From Octopus sinensis (lineage: Eukaryota), in the NCBI RefSeq assembly GCF_006345805.1, contig NC_043000.1, positions 128,216,001-128,280,000 on the forward strand: a stretch of 64,000 bases of DNA, in the 5' to 3' direction. Shown here piece after piece: positions 39,791 to 52,930 of this stretch; within the stretch, counting starts at the first letter, position 1; every line of letters begins with the position of its first letter. The position numbers and the translations under genes are program-made. The notes below the pieces were generated by a model that saw only the letters and a program-made list of their open reading frames with translations, was not told the origin of the DNA and ran no database searches.

Positions 39791-41701
39791 TAAGAGAGAA
39801 AGAGTGAAGTGGGAATACAAGGTATGGATGGTTTGTCAGTTTGTTGATGGCTGCTCAAAATCAAGTTCTAAGTACTAACTCAGTGAGTATGAATTTATTC
39901 CCTCACTTCCATGACCAAATACCGAATTTGACCGTCATTTGGCAATAAATTTTCAACATAAACCTACAAATCAACATTGCATAAACACTGAAGAAGTGAA
40001 TACAGGACTCTTTAATCACTCGGCACACATATCAGATAATTTCGGTTGCCATACTTGTATAATTTATCTCAAACAAGTTATGTAGCTTTGTGGCTCTGTG
40101 AGTTCAAATACTTTAGCAAAGATTATTCAAACTATCTTTGTCGGAACCCAGAAACGCTCTCTGACCATCGTCCTTTATATTCTTCGATAACTATTTGCAG
40201 AATGCGAGGATTGACATATTACCGATAACATGGTCCTGATAGCAGAAAGCAGTGAGCACCTAGTAACATTTCAAGATGCCAAGGTCTTTGCTTGAGACAG
40301 GACTGCAGCTCAGTCAAAGAGATGAATTGCTGAAAGATGTGTTGTACGAATGGCAATCAAATCTGATTACTGTAGTTAATGCGCAGGGAGCCCGCCTAAG
40401 ATCGTGCCGTTGTACCATCATTCACGATATCTCGGGAACCTCTGGTTGTGAGCTTTGGTAGTAGTTAGACCTTTTTTCTAGCGAAATCTGTTCTTTCCAA
40501 AAGAAGCAAAAGAGTAATCATTTTGATCGAATAAAAAATTCTCAGGAACAAAGCCCAACTGTCAAGGGGGTAGTACACTAGGCGATACACACACAAGTTA
40601 CTTCCAGATATGACCTTCCAGGGATCACTTCCTCTCAGAGCATTTCTGAGCGGGGCTGGCCATCCTGCTCACGATCTGTTCCTAGATTTTTTTTCTTCAT
40701 CTACTTGGAAGTCTGATCTGAACCAGGTCCCAACCATCTTAGCAGGCCCCTCTATCCAAAGACAAAAGCCGCCGACTCGTATGGGCTTAACTCATCAGAC
40801 GTAGAGCTGTAAACTATCCAACCTGTCCCAGTTTATGCATGCTGCCCTAACATCCTGGTAGTCTTCTAGTATAGTGCTGACCACTTTGATTTCTGATGTG
40901 TCTGACAACATGACGATGTCTTTCCTTTACGCAGACACAGCTTATGTCTCTATACGGGTGGTATGATCTTCAACGTCTCCAATCTTCACAGCAAGAGTTT
41001 CATCGCCAAAACATACAGAAGAGACTAGTCTCTTTGGTGAACCGAGCACCTGATGCGAAACTATTGTGATAGGTGACCGTTTATTTTGACCACCAAGCAG
41101 ATTTCACAGTACATTGCAGTGATAGATCTTTATTTGAAGTCCAACATTTTAGTGTCGTGCATTTCCCTCACGTTTATTCCTCGTGTACCTTTCTAATTCA
41201 TATTTTCCACCACCAATTCATAACATTCCTTCTCTGATGTACCAACTCCCTCCATCAACTCACAGTTCGTTCACTCTGTTATACATATCTTTTCAATGGG
41301 TAAGTTCCCCACCAACTATCAACACATTTTCTCCGGTATACATATCTTTTATTAATGGATATTTTCATTACTAACTTATGGCTAATTTCTATTAAGTATT
41401 TATCCTCCTTGTTTATATCTCGCATTAACATCTTTTAATATCTTTGATTCTTGGCTACCGTCTTAACTAACTGGTTCCATATTCTTCATAAGTTAATGTT
41501 ACACAACCAAAATATCATATTCAACTCAACTCAATTTTCTCTAATTGATGCAGATCACAGAATTTACCACATATTTCTAACGTTCTTACACCATCACTAG
41601 AAATCTTTTTTGATTTCTCAAGACAACTGTTCGTCTTCTACAGGAGCCAAAACGTCTCGCAAAAAAATTCCTACAGTTTTCAGAGGCTATAGAACTACAA
41701 A

Positions 41702-42376
41702 GCAATGGTTCTCGTTTCATTTTTACTTGCGGCACATTTTGGAGCAAGTAAAAATATTTTGGCATATTTTGTACATAAAGTAAAAAGAAAAGTATAAAAA
41801 AAAAGATATTTATATGTTTGTTTGCCAGTAAATATACAGAAAATAATTAAATAATTACTTCTTTATTCAATAAATTAAGCATAGTTATTAAGAACAGGGG
41901 AGCCACTAAGTAGAATGGCAAGCGCATCGGATAGATTGCTTTACGGTATTTACTCCGGTTCTCTACTCCCTACGTTCGATACCCGCCGAGGTCAACTTCG
42001 CCATTCATTTTTTTTTCACCGTCGATAAATTACCAGTTCAGTGTTAATCTCTCCCTCTCTCTCTCTCTCTCCCTCCCCCTCTCTCTCCTTCACATCTACC
42101 CCTACCCCTCTTTCCCCTCTCCCTCTCTCTCTTTCTCAGTAAGAAATCGGTTATAGTCAGACCTCGTGAAGGATGGGCTCCTCTAGATCTAAAAGTACCG
42201 AAGAGATTCCGTATTTTACGATTCCATCAAGAGATGAGGGCCCCTAGGCAAGGCAAGTTATTAAGAATATATATTTAGAATTTCTGTTAGTATTTTTTTA
42301 CATTTTCTAAATATAATTTTATTACTTTCTCGCCGCACCTAATTATATTTGGCGGCACACCGTTTGGGAAGCATTG
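41702..42376. mobile_element. Possible hAT-type MITE (interrupted by a SINE)
   Basis: Ends caatggttctc... and ...gcggcacaccgtttgggaagcattg resemble Buster-type termini; 8-bp TSD not convincing. Confidence 0.4.
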
Positions 42377-43122
42377 CTAAAGATAAATCTTAATGTCTCA
42401 CAGAAACATGAAAATGCCGAAAAGCCAGAATTAAAGAATTAACCGCGTGTTAAGTTTCAACGAAACAAAAACAGATAAATGATAATTTCAATACCAATAA
42501 ACCAGGATAAAACACGTGGTTTCGTAGCAAGCGTCTTATGTACACAGCCATAATTAACTTGGAGAAGCCCACTTTGTCTTAGGTTTATGTATATATTTTT
42601 TATGAATATAATGTTTTGTCGTGAGTCCTCGGGTTGTGATAGAGTTATGGAGGCCTATCTTTCTCTAGGTCTGAACAAAACTAGTTTCTTCCAAAAAGGA
42701 AGACAAGCAAAAGAAAGAAAGAAAGGAAGAAAGAAAGAAAGAGAGAAAGAAAAAGTAGAAGAAAAAAAAGGAAAGGAGAAAGAAAGAAAGAGAGAAAGAC
42801 AAGAAAGAGAACAGAAATGAAGAAGAAGAAGGAGGAAGAAAAGAAGGAAGAAAGAGGAGAAAGAAGAAGGAAGAAAGAAAGAAAGAGGAGAGAAGAGGGG
42901 AAAGAAAGGGGGAAGGAAAGAGCGAAGGGAGAGAAGAAGACGGGAGAGAGAGGAGAAGAATGAAGAGAAAAAGAAAAGAAGAAAAAAGAAAGAAAAAGAA
43001 GAACGAAAGAAGAAAAGAAGAAGCAAGAAGAAAAGACAAGAAAAGAAAAAAAGAAACGAAAGAAAGAAAGAAAGAAAGAGAGAAGAAAGAAAGAAAGAAA
43101 AGAAAGAAGAAAAAGAAAGAAA

Positions 43123-43162
<40 letters not shown>

Positions 43163-43814
43163 AAAAAAGAAAGAAAGAAAGAAAAAAGAAAGAAAGGAAA
43201 AAGAAAGGGGGAGAGAGCAGAATTTTCCCTTGTGTGGGACTGGTACTTTATTTATCAACCCTCAAAAGAATGAAAGGCAAAGTTGAACTCAGAGCACAGA
43301 TAACCGGAACAGTTACCGCAAAATAATATTTCACTATTTTTTTTATATATTTAGTTTAGTATGACTAAGTGATGGACTCTCCCCTCGAAGAAGCAAAAAT
43401 CCTTAGTAATGTACCGAGGAGTCAATGGGTTGCAAGAGACCACCACCACCACCACCACCGCCTTCTTCTTCTTCTTCTTCTTCTTCTTCTTCTTCTTCTT
43501 CTTCTTCTTCTTCTTCTTCTTCTTCTTCTTCATTATTATTATTATTATCATTAACATTATAATCATTATAGCCCTTCTACGATTGCCGCACTCAACAACA
43601 ACGACGATGATGACAACAACGAGAGAGGTTTTTTCGCAATCAATCAACACTGAAATCTGTTTAATATTTCTGATTAAAAAAAAAAGAAGATATTTATTCT
43701 TATTGCAAACAAAAAAATATTGTCGTTGTAATGAACGACACAACATCGAGATAGTTCGAAAATTATTGTTGTTGGACTGGAGTGATAGCAGTAGCTTTCA
43801 AAGCTACTACTATC

Positions 43815-44674
43815 TTCGTGAAAAGCCTTTTGCTCAATATATCTCATATAAGTTAATAACAGGGCCTTACTGTCCTGAAATGTGGTTTCTTCCATTTGTA
43901 ATGAGAATTTTCGTGATTTTAATGTCTCAATAACCTGGTTTTCAACATCTGGCCCCATTTCATCGATTCTGCCGGTGACAGTGTTATTACTGAGTGTCAT
44001 GGCTCTGACATTTCTATCATCTTTTTGTGGTACAGTTTTTAAGAATATTGAGATAGCTGGTTTAATCAGTTGCTCTTCAATAGTGTGATTCTTTCTATGT
44101 TTTGCTATAAGCAGGGAGATTTCGTGGCTGACATCGAGGGCACGAGTGTGGGACGCATGTTGTGTAGTAAATAGTGAAGTGTGTTCGGTTTTCAAAATTT
44201 TCTTTCAGTGATTTGAAGTACTCCAAATCTGAACTAGAATTGCTAGGATGTCTTATCCTCAAGTGCGCTTTTAGCCTGCATGCCTTCATTGACTCATTGC
44301 TCATTTTCTGATGACACGATAAGCAGAACGGTTTACGCTCATCATGCTTATCGGGAATAAACCCAAACTTCAAAACTCCGCCGAATATTGACGCGTCTTC
44401 TTGCTTTGCTCATTTTAAAAAAATCCAAGAAAGCGATGAAGCGATGGAGATGACGATTTTTGCACAGCGTAGAAAGAAAGGGATTCGAAGCATCAATCAG
44501 CAATAGTGAACAGAGTCGACTGCTGCTTTTATAAACACTTGACACTGGTCAATAGATATTGAAACCTAACAAATACAGATAAGTCTGCACAGAAGTCACT
44601 TGCAAAAATGTTCACAACCCACGCTAATGCACGTCGCACCCCAATTTCCCCTCGCCCCACGTTGGGAAACACTG
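43815..44674 (-). mobile_element. hAT (Buster/Charlie-like) transposon 5' remnant with BED finger and N-terminal transposase
   Basis: KFGF...KPFCLSCHQKMSNESMK..RLKAHL..RHP; ...EISLLIAKH.KNHTI.EQLIKPA...LSNNTV..RIDEM...KFSLQMEETT; terminus CAGTGTTTCCCAA at 44674; frameshifted and truncated before the catalytic core. Confidence 0.85.
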
Positions 44675-45612
44675 TTGTCTGTGACTACAGTGCGCTGAAT
44701 ATATAGTGGCGGTTTGGCTCAGAAAGAAGCGCCTCAAAGACGAAATTTTTATTGGATTCGGTTCCACGCGAAGTCTTGATTATTCAGATATTTCTTGATG
44801 ACGTAGGTAATATTCTAGCGAATCGCGACCGTTTCCTTTAGTTGTTTTTTCACATCACATATAATGATCTAGGTTCGATTGCTAAATATTTCTGCAACAA
44901 ACTTTTTCACAATCGTTCGACCTTTTCTTTTTCTAATCGTTTAGTCAGGAGGGAAGGGTAGAACTAATGGTTCGTTATAAGGTATCCGAGATTAGTGGAA
45001 AGGAAGAGAAGGAAATTACTTCAAACTAGGAACCTGACCTGAACACTGCAACAACGCCCTCAAGCAGTCTATGGCAGGGTTTGAACTCAGGATGCTAATA
45101 CTGTGAGGCATCCAGTCCGACTTTCTTATAGTTCCACCAAACCATCTCTTCGGACTGGTACATTTTTTTATCGACCATGAAAAGATGCTTGAAACAGCAG
45201 CCAATTCTGCCTCAAATTACGCCAATTATTTTAAACACACACATACACAAAATGTAAGACTCACTGCAAAATGTAGCCCTAGATACACTACGCCAAAAAA
45301 TAAGAATGATAGGATGGTCACAGCTGGAATGCCTTTGATCATATGGATAGCTTGGCGCTAAAGAACAACAACAACAACAGCAACATCATCTTCCACTCAA
45401 TACCATGTATTTTAAATATTGTCTCAAAAAAAAAAATTAATAAAAGAATGAATAAAAATAAATAAAATAAATAAATAAAATAAAACTTCTAGTTTCAAAC
45501 TGAAATAAGATCTGGTGTACGTGTGATGGTGCTAAGGGGTAATATAGCTAACCGTCTGGAGAGATCGGGCGAATGAACGATGGGATGACGGTGGAAAAGT
45601 GAGCCTTTAATA

Positions 45613-45647
<35 letters not shown>

Positions 45648-45722
45648 TCTCTCTCTCCTTCTCTCTCTCTCTTTCTCTGTGGTGTGTGTGTATGTGTGTT
45701 TGTGTGTGAGTACGTATTATTT

Positions 45723-45772
<50 letters not shown>

Positions 45773-45797
45773 TTTAAACGTATATTATATATATATA

Positions 45798-45849
<52 letters not shown>

Positions 45850-45908
45850 ATACATACTATATATCTATATACATATATATATATATATATTATATATAAT
45901 ATATATAG

Positions 45909-45941
<33 letters not shown>

Positions 45942-46944
45942 GGGAAGAAGCAAAATTATGACGTGAGCTGAAGTACAGGGAGAGGAGGGACGGGAGGGGG
46001 ATATTTACAGACCCAGATTGGAGAGTGATTCATACGGTATGTACAGTAGTAGAAAGGAGTACCATCACCACCATCACCATCATCAACACCATGATGATGA
46101 TGATGATGATGATCAACACCATCACCACTGCTACCACCTCTATCACCACCACCACAGCCCTTTTCCTCCTCATCCTCTCTATCATCATCATCGCCATCAC
46201 TATCATCATCACCACCACCACCACCACCACCATCACAACAACAACAACAACAGCAAAAACTTCACCGCCATCACCATCATCACCACCGTCACTTGCATTA
46301 CAATTACTTCCACCATCGCCATCACTCCACCACCACTATCACCATCACTAACATCATTGTCGTCGTTGTCGTGATCTTCATCATCATCATCATCATCACC
46401 TCCACCACCACCACCGCCACCACCACCACCAGCGCCACTACCACCACCACCATCATCATCTTCATCATTATCACCACCACCACCACCACCACCACCACCA
46501 CCATCATCATCATCAATAACGACACAGGGGGAACTGGCAATGAAATTTGTACATTAGTTAGCGGGAGGAGCGGGTCACTACGTGGCTGCTCGATCAGCGA
46601 GAAATAGCTACCAAATGGTTCTAAAATCACATCTTACTGTCTTAAAGAATACATTCGATAATATAATTTTAGATATTCATAAAAAGATAGGGTGATCATG
46701 ATTGGGACAGTATAGACTAATTTAGGGTTAACAGCTAGGGCATTTTAGGTATCATTTTCAGTAAAATAGGGACCACTTGCAACAAGTGTTAAATCTTAAA
46801 GCAGTGATATCTATAAATAAGGTTGACTCTCTACATTCTACGTTGTCATACAAACTGCTAGAAATAACAATCAAATATCCCTTTATATCACAAATCATGT
46901 ACTTTTCAAAAATGAAAGCACACAGTGTATTATCCTATACATAC

Positions 46945-47038
<94 letters not shown>

Positions 47039-47254
47039 TATATATATATATAACCAAAAACTAAGCAACAAGAATGGATCGGTAGTTTAGTTAGTACATT
47101 GTTTCATACTATAACAATTTATTAAAGCTGCAAATATTACAGCAAATATAATTTAAGTAATCTTCAGCTAATTTCATATAGGTTTTCCAACATCTTAGAG
47201 AGTGTAAATATACTTATAAAGTTATAGATGTGACCTCCAGCAACTTGAAGCAAG

Positions 47255-47287
<33 letters not shown>

Positions 47288-48179
47288 ATATAATATATAT
47301 ATATTATATATATACACAAATAAATGGATAAATTAAATAGAGAAATACAATCTAACAATTTATATATATGTATGAATATACACACACACATACACACACA
47401 ATATGTGTTTGAGCGTGTGTGCGTGTATAACCTTGAAGAATGATGGGATTGTCACATCTGGAATGACTTTGGTCATGGGCCTTTTCGATTAGTGCCGATC
47501 CGACACAAAACAGTGACAGCACCAGCAGCAGCAAAGGAGAGAACAACAACAACAACCATATTGAGCCAACGGGGGACACGTCTAAGTGGTAGCCAGACCT
47601 GTTATAATAGCAGCCTGATCTTCAAATCACACCCTACAGTCTGAGAAAAGGATACGTGGAATCACGTGATCCTAGATTCTCTTTAAATTGGAAGAAAATG
47701 ACAGGATGGTCACGGCTGGAATGCCTGTAAACGTCTTGTCATAGTTTTGACCCGGGGCTAAACAATAATAACAGCAGCGTCAACAGTGACAACAGCGGCG
47801 GCAGCAGTAGCAGCGGCGACAACCGCAGCAGAATGTTAGCCGTTACTTGGACGCCATTTTGAAGGTTTCTAAGTGTTTAATTTGCGACAGTTAGGGAAGC
47901 AGCTGTAGCCCGACTAATTTGTCTGGCCTTCTAGTGGCGTCGTGTGTGTTTAAGAGAATGGGTAGGGAAGTGTTTGAAAAACGCTCTAAGTCATTAACAA
48001 CCAGCCCTTCTTTTCTTTCCTGCTCTAAAATAATGTAGTACGAAGAGAAGGTGCCGAAGCTGATTGGTTGACTGCAGTAGGTGGCAGCAGACATAGTGAA
48101 ATAATTAGCAAATGCGTCGTTGGCATTCGGTGGGACGGTTTCAAAGCCTCCAGTGGGCATAACGATACACACACACACA

Positions 48180-48226
<47 letters not shown>

Positions 48227-48590
48227 CACACAAACGTATACACACACACACGTACACAACCATGAAAGGACGAAAACGTTTATTGTATCATCATCATCAT
48301 CATCATTACTATCACTGTTTCCACCACTATCATTAGCATCCTCCTCCTCACCATTAACGCCATGCCACCACCATCGTCACTTAGTAAACCGAACTCCCAC
48401 ATAGATGCTCTTTCGTTGGCTCGACGCATACATATAGTAAATAAACGCATACAGAGGGAAACACAAATCAATACTTGAATATACGTACATACATACATGC
48501 ATGCATAAACATATATAAATTAAAAGGATTTTTCGTTTTTGGATTTGGTTAGCAAGATTCTTTATATGAGTTCGTGTGTTGAAGCATATA

Positions 48591-48849
48591 CTGTTGTGTG
48601 GGGAAGAGTCATTTTCTTTTTGTGCCTTATGTAACACACTCACCGGTAAAATTTCCACTTTTTCTTATTTTTATTGTCTTAAAATTTTCGTTGCGTCTTG
48701 CAACCTTTTCAATAGTTTTGATTCAATTGAAAAGGTTGCAAGACGCAACGAAAATTTTAGGACAATAAAAATAAGAAAAAAGTGGAAATTTTACCGGTGA
48801 GTTACATAATAAGGCACAAAAAGAAAATGACTCTCCCCAGACACAACAG
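48591..48849. repeat. Near-perfect palindrome, ~120-bp arms, 12-nt loop
   Basis: Arm ...gcgtcttgcaaccttttcaat, loop agttttgattca, arm attgaaaaggttgcaagacgc...; ends ctgttgtg / cacaacag. Confidence 0.85.
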
Positions 48850-49050
48850 AATTAAAAGGATTATTCGTTGGGATATTCGCAATCAGCTTCGGCACCTTCT
48901 CTACGTACTACAATGGGTTGTCGATAATTTTTTTTCCTTATTTCCTATATACCGATAGAAAAATAGACTTCTTCCAAACTGGTTTGTATAATAACTCAGT
49001 AATAATTATACCGTATATGGTGTGTCAATGCAGAATTTATATACAATAAA

Positions 49051-49815
49051 AGATCTTGGATCTCTTCAGTTTCGGTCACAGATTTTTTAATTATTTTTTC
49101 TTAACTAAACAATTGAAACTTTGTATACTGGTGTAATTTCTCACGCTGAATACGGTTACTTTCAACATTTTTTACAAAATTTCGTATTTTAGAAGTTATT
49201 TTATGTTAAAGTTATCGTATTTGGGTAATTTAACCAATCAACGACGTGTATTCAGCTAAAGAAAGTTGCTGCTGTTTGCGAAAGTAATCGAAGATTAACA
49301 ACTTCCGGGTTATCTCTACTAAATGTGACTACTCTGTTCTTGTTTATTTTTGTTTACTGCCTGTGTTGCATATTACACGCTGTTTTTTTTTTTTTTTTGT
49401 TGCTATTCGATTGGTTAGGAATGTAATTAAAATATTTGGTGGTTGTGCTATTTTACTTTAGCTCTTCAGTGGTTTCGTTTAGTAGGAAAACACTTCTTTG
49501 CAAAAAATAAATAAATAAATAAAATAAAGCAGAGTGGTCACATTTAGTAGAGATGACCCGGAAGTTGTTGCACTTCGATTGCTTTCGCAAACAGCAATAA
49601 CTTTCTTCAGCTAAATACACGTCGTTGATTGGTTAAAATTACCCAAATACGACAACTTTAATACGAAATAACTTCTAAAATACGAAAATTTGTCAAAAAT
49701 GTTGAGAGTAAACCATGTTCAGCTTGAGAAATTACACCAGTATACGAAGTTTCAAACTGTTTAGTTATAAAAAGTAATTAAAAAATGTGATTGAAACTGA
49801 AGAGATCTCAGATCT
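49051..49815. mobile_element. Foldback MITE with ~300-bp inverted arms (possibly Kolobok-like)
   Basis: 49051-~49350 is the reverse complement of ~49515-49815; termini AGATCT...AGATCT with TTAA-like flanks (taaa / taat). Confidence 0.7.
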
Positions 49816-50592
49816 TAATTAATATGCATAAATGTGTTTATGAGAATGTACATTCATGTTTTCAAGTTTTGGGTGGCCAATTGAATAATGTAACGTAGAA
49901 AATATTCATATATACTTTCATAATTGTAAATTAAAAATATCCTCATGTATATAAATGGACGATAGTAAAGAGCTAATATAGAAAGCGTACGATGAATTTA
50001 CTCTGTACGTATTAGACAAAAAATAACACCCTGGATTGAAACGGAACGATATGGTACAGCTTACTCTTAACTACTAAGTGAAAATCGCAAGCGCAACAAG
50101 ATAGAAACCAATTTAACTTTTGTTTGAATATCTTTTAAATGGCTCACAAACTACAAGTCACTAATAGCCTAAACTAACAACAGTGAAACTAAAGCAATTC
50201 TGCTTTCAATTAATCAAAAATGACTGGCAGACTACAAGTCTCTGACTGTACAAAATAATACAATTGACAACAGTTCGATTTAACTAGTCAAAAATGGCTG
50301 CCAAGCTACAAGTCACTGATTGGCCAAAACAACGCACGTGACAAAAACAGTGAAGCCTTTATGTCAGTGGTCGAAAAGATTCTCTTCACATATATGCATG
50401 AATGTATGCATCTAGGTATACATGTTTACATACATACATGGATGCATATATACAAATAGCTATTCAGACATAATGTATTCATGTGTATGAAGCTTACATA
50501 CATATATGTGTACATATTTTGATGCATAAATGCACACACACTCACACACACACACACACACACACGCACACACACACACACCACACACACAC

Positions 50593-50626
<34 letters not shown>

Positions 50627-51284
50627 GGACGTCCATACGGCTTTCGTCGACCAAATTCATTTACAGTGCATTCGTCACTCCGGGCTATAGTAGAAAATAA
50701 TTGCTCAAGCTGGGAGCGAACTCAGAACCATAAGTCATTGGGAATCAAACTTCTCGCTAGACAGCCGTGCCTGTGCTGTAGAGGCTTTAACGCAATGTTA
50801 AAGATAGAACAAAATTAAGACACCTCTGCCGCATTAATCAGAAGTTTACTGTAACTTCATATTTGTACATGTAATTACTAGAGCACTTGATTATAACTGA
50901 CTCGGCGCCAATCATCAAAAGCAAACGGTTGCTTGCTTGCGACAGACGGTCGGTATTCTCGGAACGTTCGTTCGCCGCAGGCGCCACCCACCTGACTCAG
51001 GCAGGACTGAGGGCATTGACCTTCCGTACGATAGCACGTCGACCTCCGGTTGCTTCGGCCTGCACGCTTTTTCCGATGGCTCTCTTTGCCTAGTATCCAA
51101 GGCGTTCACTGAGAAAGAAGTCTGGTTTCACAAACCCAGCAGAGTCATGGCTAATTAGGAAATTACAACTAGAGACCTTTAATGGAATTTAAAATGACCA
51201 AGACCTTCCTGAAGATACAAACGTATATATATGAACACGTAAATTAAAACATAGATTCACAAACACAATTACATGCATGATTAT

Positions 51285-52021
51285 ATATACATACATACAT
51301 AACATACATACATATATACATACATACATACATACATACATACATACATACACACATACATATATACATGCATACATACATACATACGTGCATACACACA
51401 TACATACATGCATATATACATACACACATACATACATACATGCATACATATATACACACATACATATATACATGCATACATACATGCATACATACATACG
51501 TGCATACACACATACATACATGCATACATACATACACACATACATACATACATGCATACTTACATACATGCATACATACTTACACACATACATACATACC
51601 TACATACATACATACATACCTACATACATACATACATACATACGTGCATACACACATACATACATACATGCACACATACATACATACATGCATACATACA
51701 TACACACATACATATATACATGCATACATACATACATACACACATACATACGTGCATACACACATACATACATGCATACATACATACACACACATATACA
51801 TACATACATGCATACATACGTACATACATACATGTATACATACATACATAAATACATACATACACACATACATACATACGTACGTACGTACATACATGCA
51901 TACATACATGCATACATACATACACACATGCATACATACATGCATACATACATACATACATACATACATACATACATACATACATACATACATACATACA
52001 TACATACATACATACATACAT
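51285..52021. repeat. Large interrupted (TACA)n/(TGCA)/(CA) microsatellite; representative of dozens of (TA)n, (CA)n, (TACA)n, (AAT)n, (CTA)n, (GAA)n, (ACC)n, (TATC)n and (GACA)n tracts
   Basis: Read directly; explains the YIHT/MYVC, poly-I/N/Y, poly-T/H and poly-K/E ORFs of the track. Confidence 0.95.
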
Positions 52022-52363
52022 AGAAACGTGACTACAGGGTTGATTTAGTCTAAATTTGAATGAGAGAGCCTTACTTCTGGGTTGGAGACCGTCTCTCACT
52101 TGGTGAAAAATTTCAAAAGCCAAACGAACGTACTTAGACTAAAGCGCCATATCTTGTAACCGATTAGGTCGCTACTCTACTGGAGATCTCATTTTCATAT
52201 AAACATAAAAAGCAGATACACTGGAATGGTTTCACATTGCCTTCTCTTGGCTCATGAGAGGATTACCTAAATTACCTAAGTAGTATATACTAACCAAACA
52301 TGTCAAAGAACACCTTTGAAATATATCATTCAATACCGCACGAACACACACACACACACACAC

Positions 52364-52418
<55 letters not shown>

Positions 52419-52899
52419 GCATGTCCGGGCATAGACATATACACTTCGTATTATACAATTTAGGATGGGTGGTATTTTTAATTGACTTTGATATTTTCGA
52501 AAATTTTATATCTAACAGTGTTGATTGAGCGAAAGAAATGCAAAGAAATATCTTATTAAATTTTAGGATTTAGGTAAATGTTATATCACAGTAACACTAT
52601 ATTGTTATTGCAAAACTTAAATGTATATAATTCATATTGAATATTAGCTACACACTAGAAAAGTTGTGAAAGCGAAAAAGAAAAAAAAATAATGTTTTTC
52701 ATAAAGTTAATCAATGCAAACGTCCCATGCTGCGATTTGTAATATTTTACATCACACTCATATTACTTCGTATGTGTATACATACACACATGCATTTGTA
52801 TATTCACTTGGACACACAAACATATATATTTACTTACCCACATGTATATAAACACATATTCACACACTTGTATATACACACACACACTATATACATACA

Positions 52900-52930
<31 letters not shown>

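Noticed and set aside
51189-52123. Long ORFs of 130-248 aa (YIHT/MYVC repeats) and similar poly-I, -N, -Y, -T, -H, -K, -C ORFs throughout the track
   Set aside because: Translations of stop-free microsatellites; open in several frames and on both strands.
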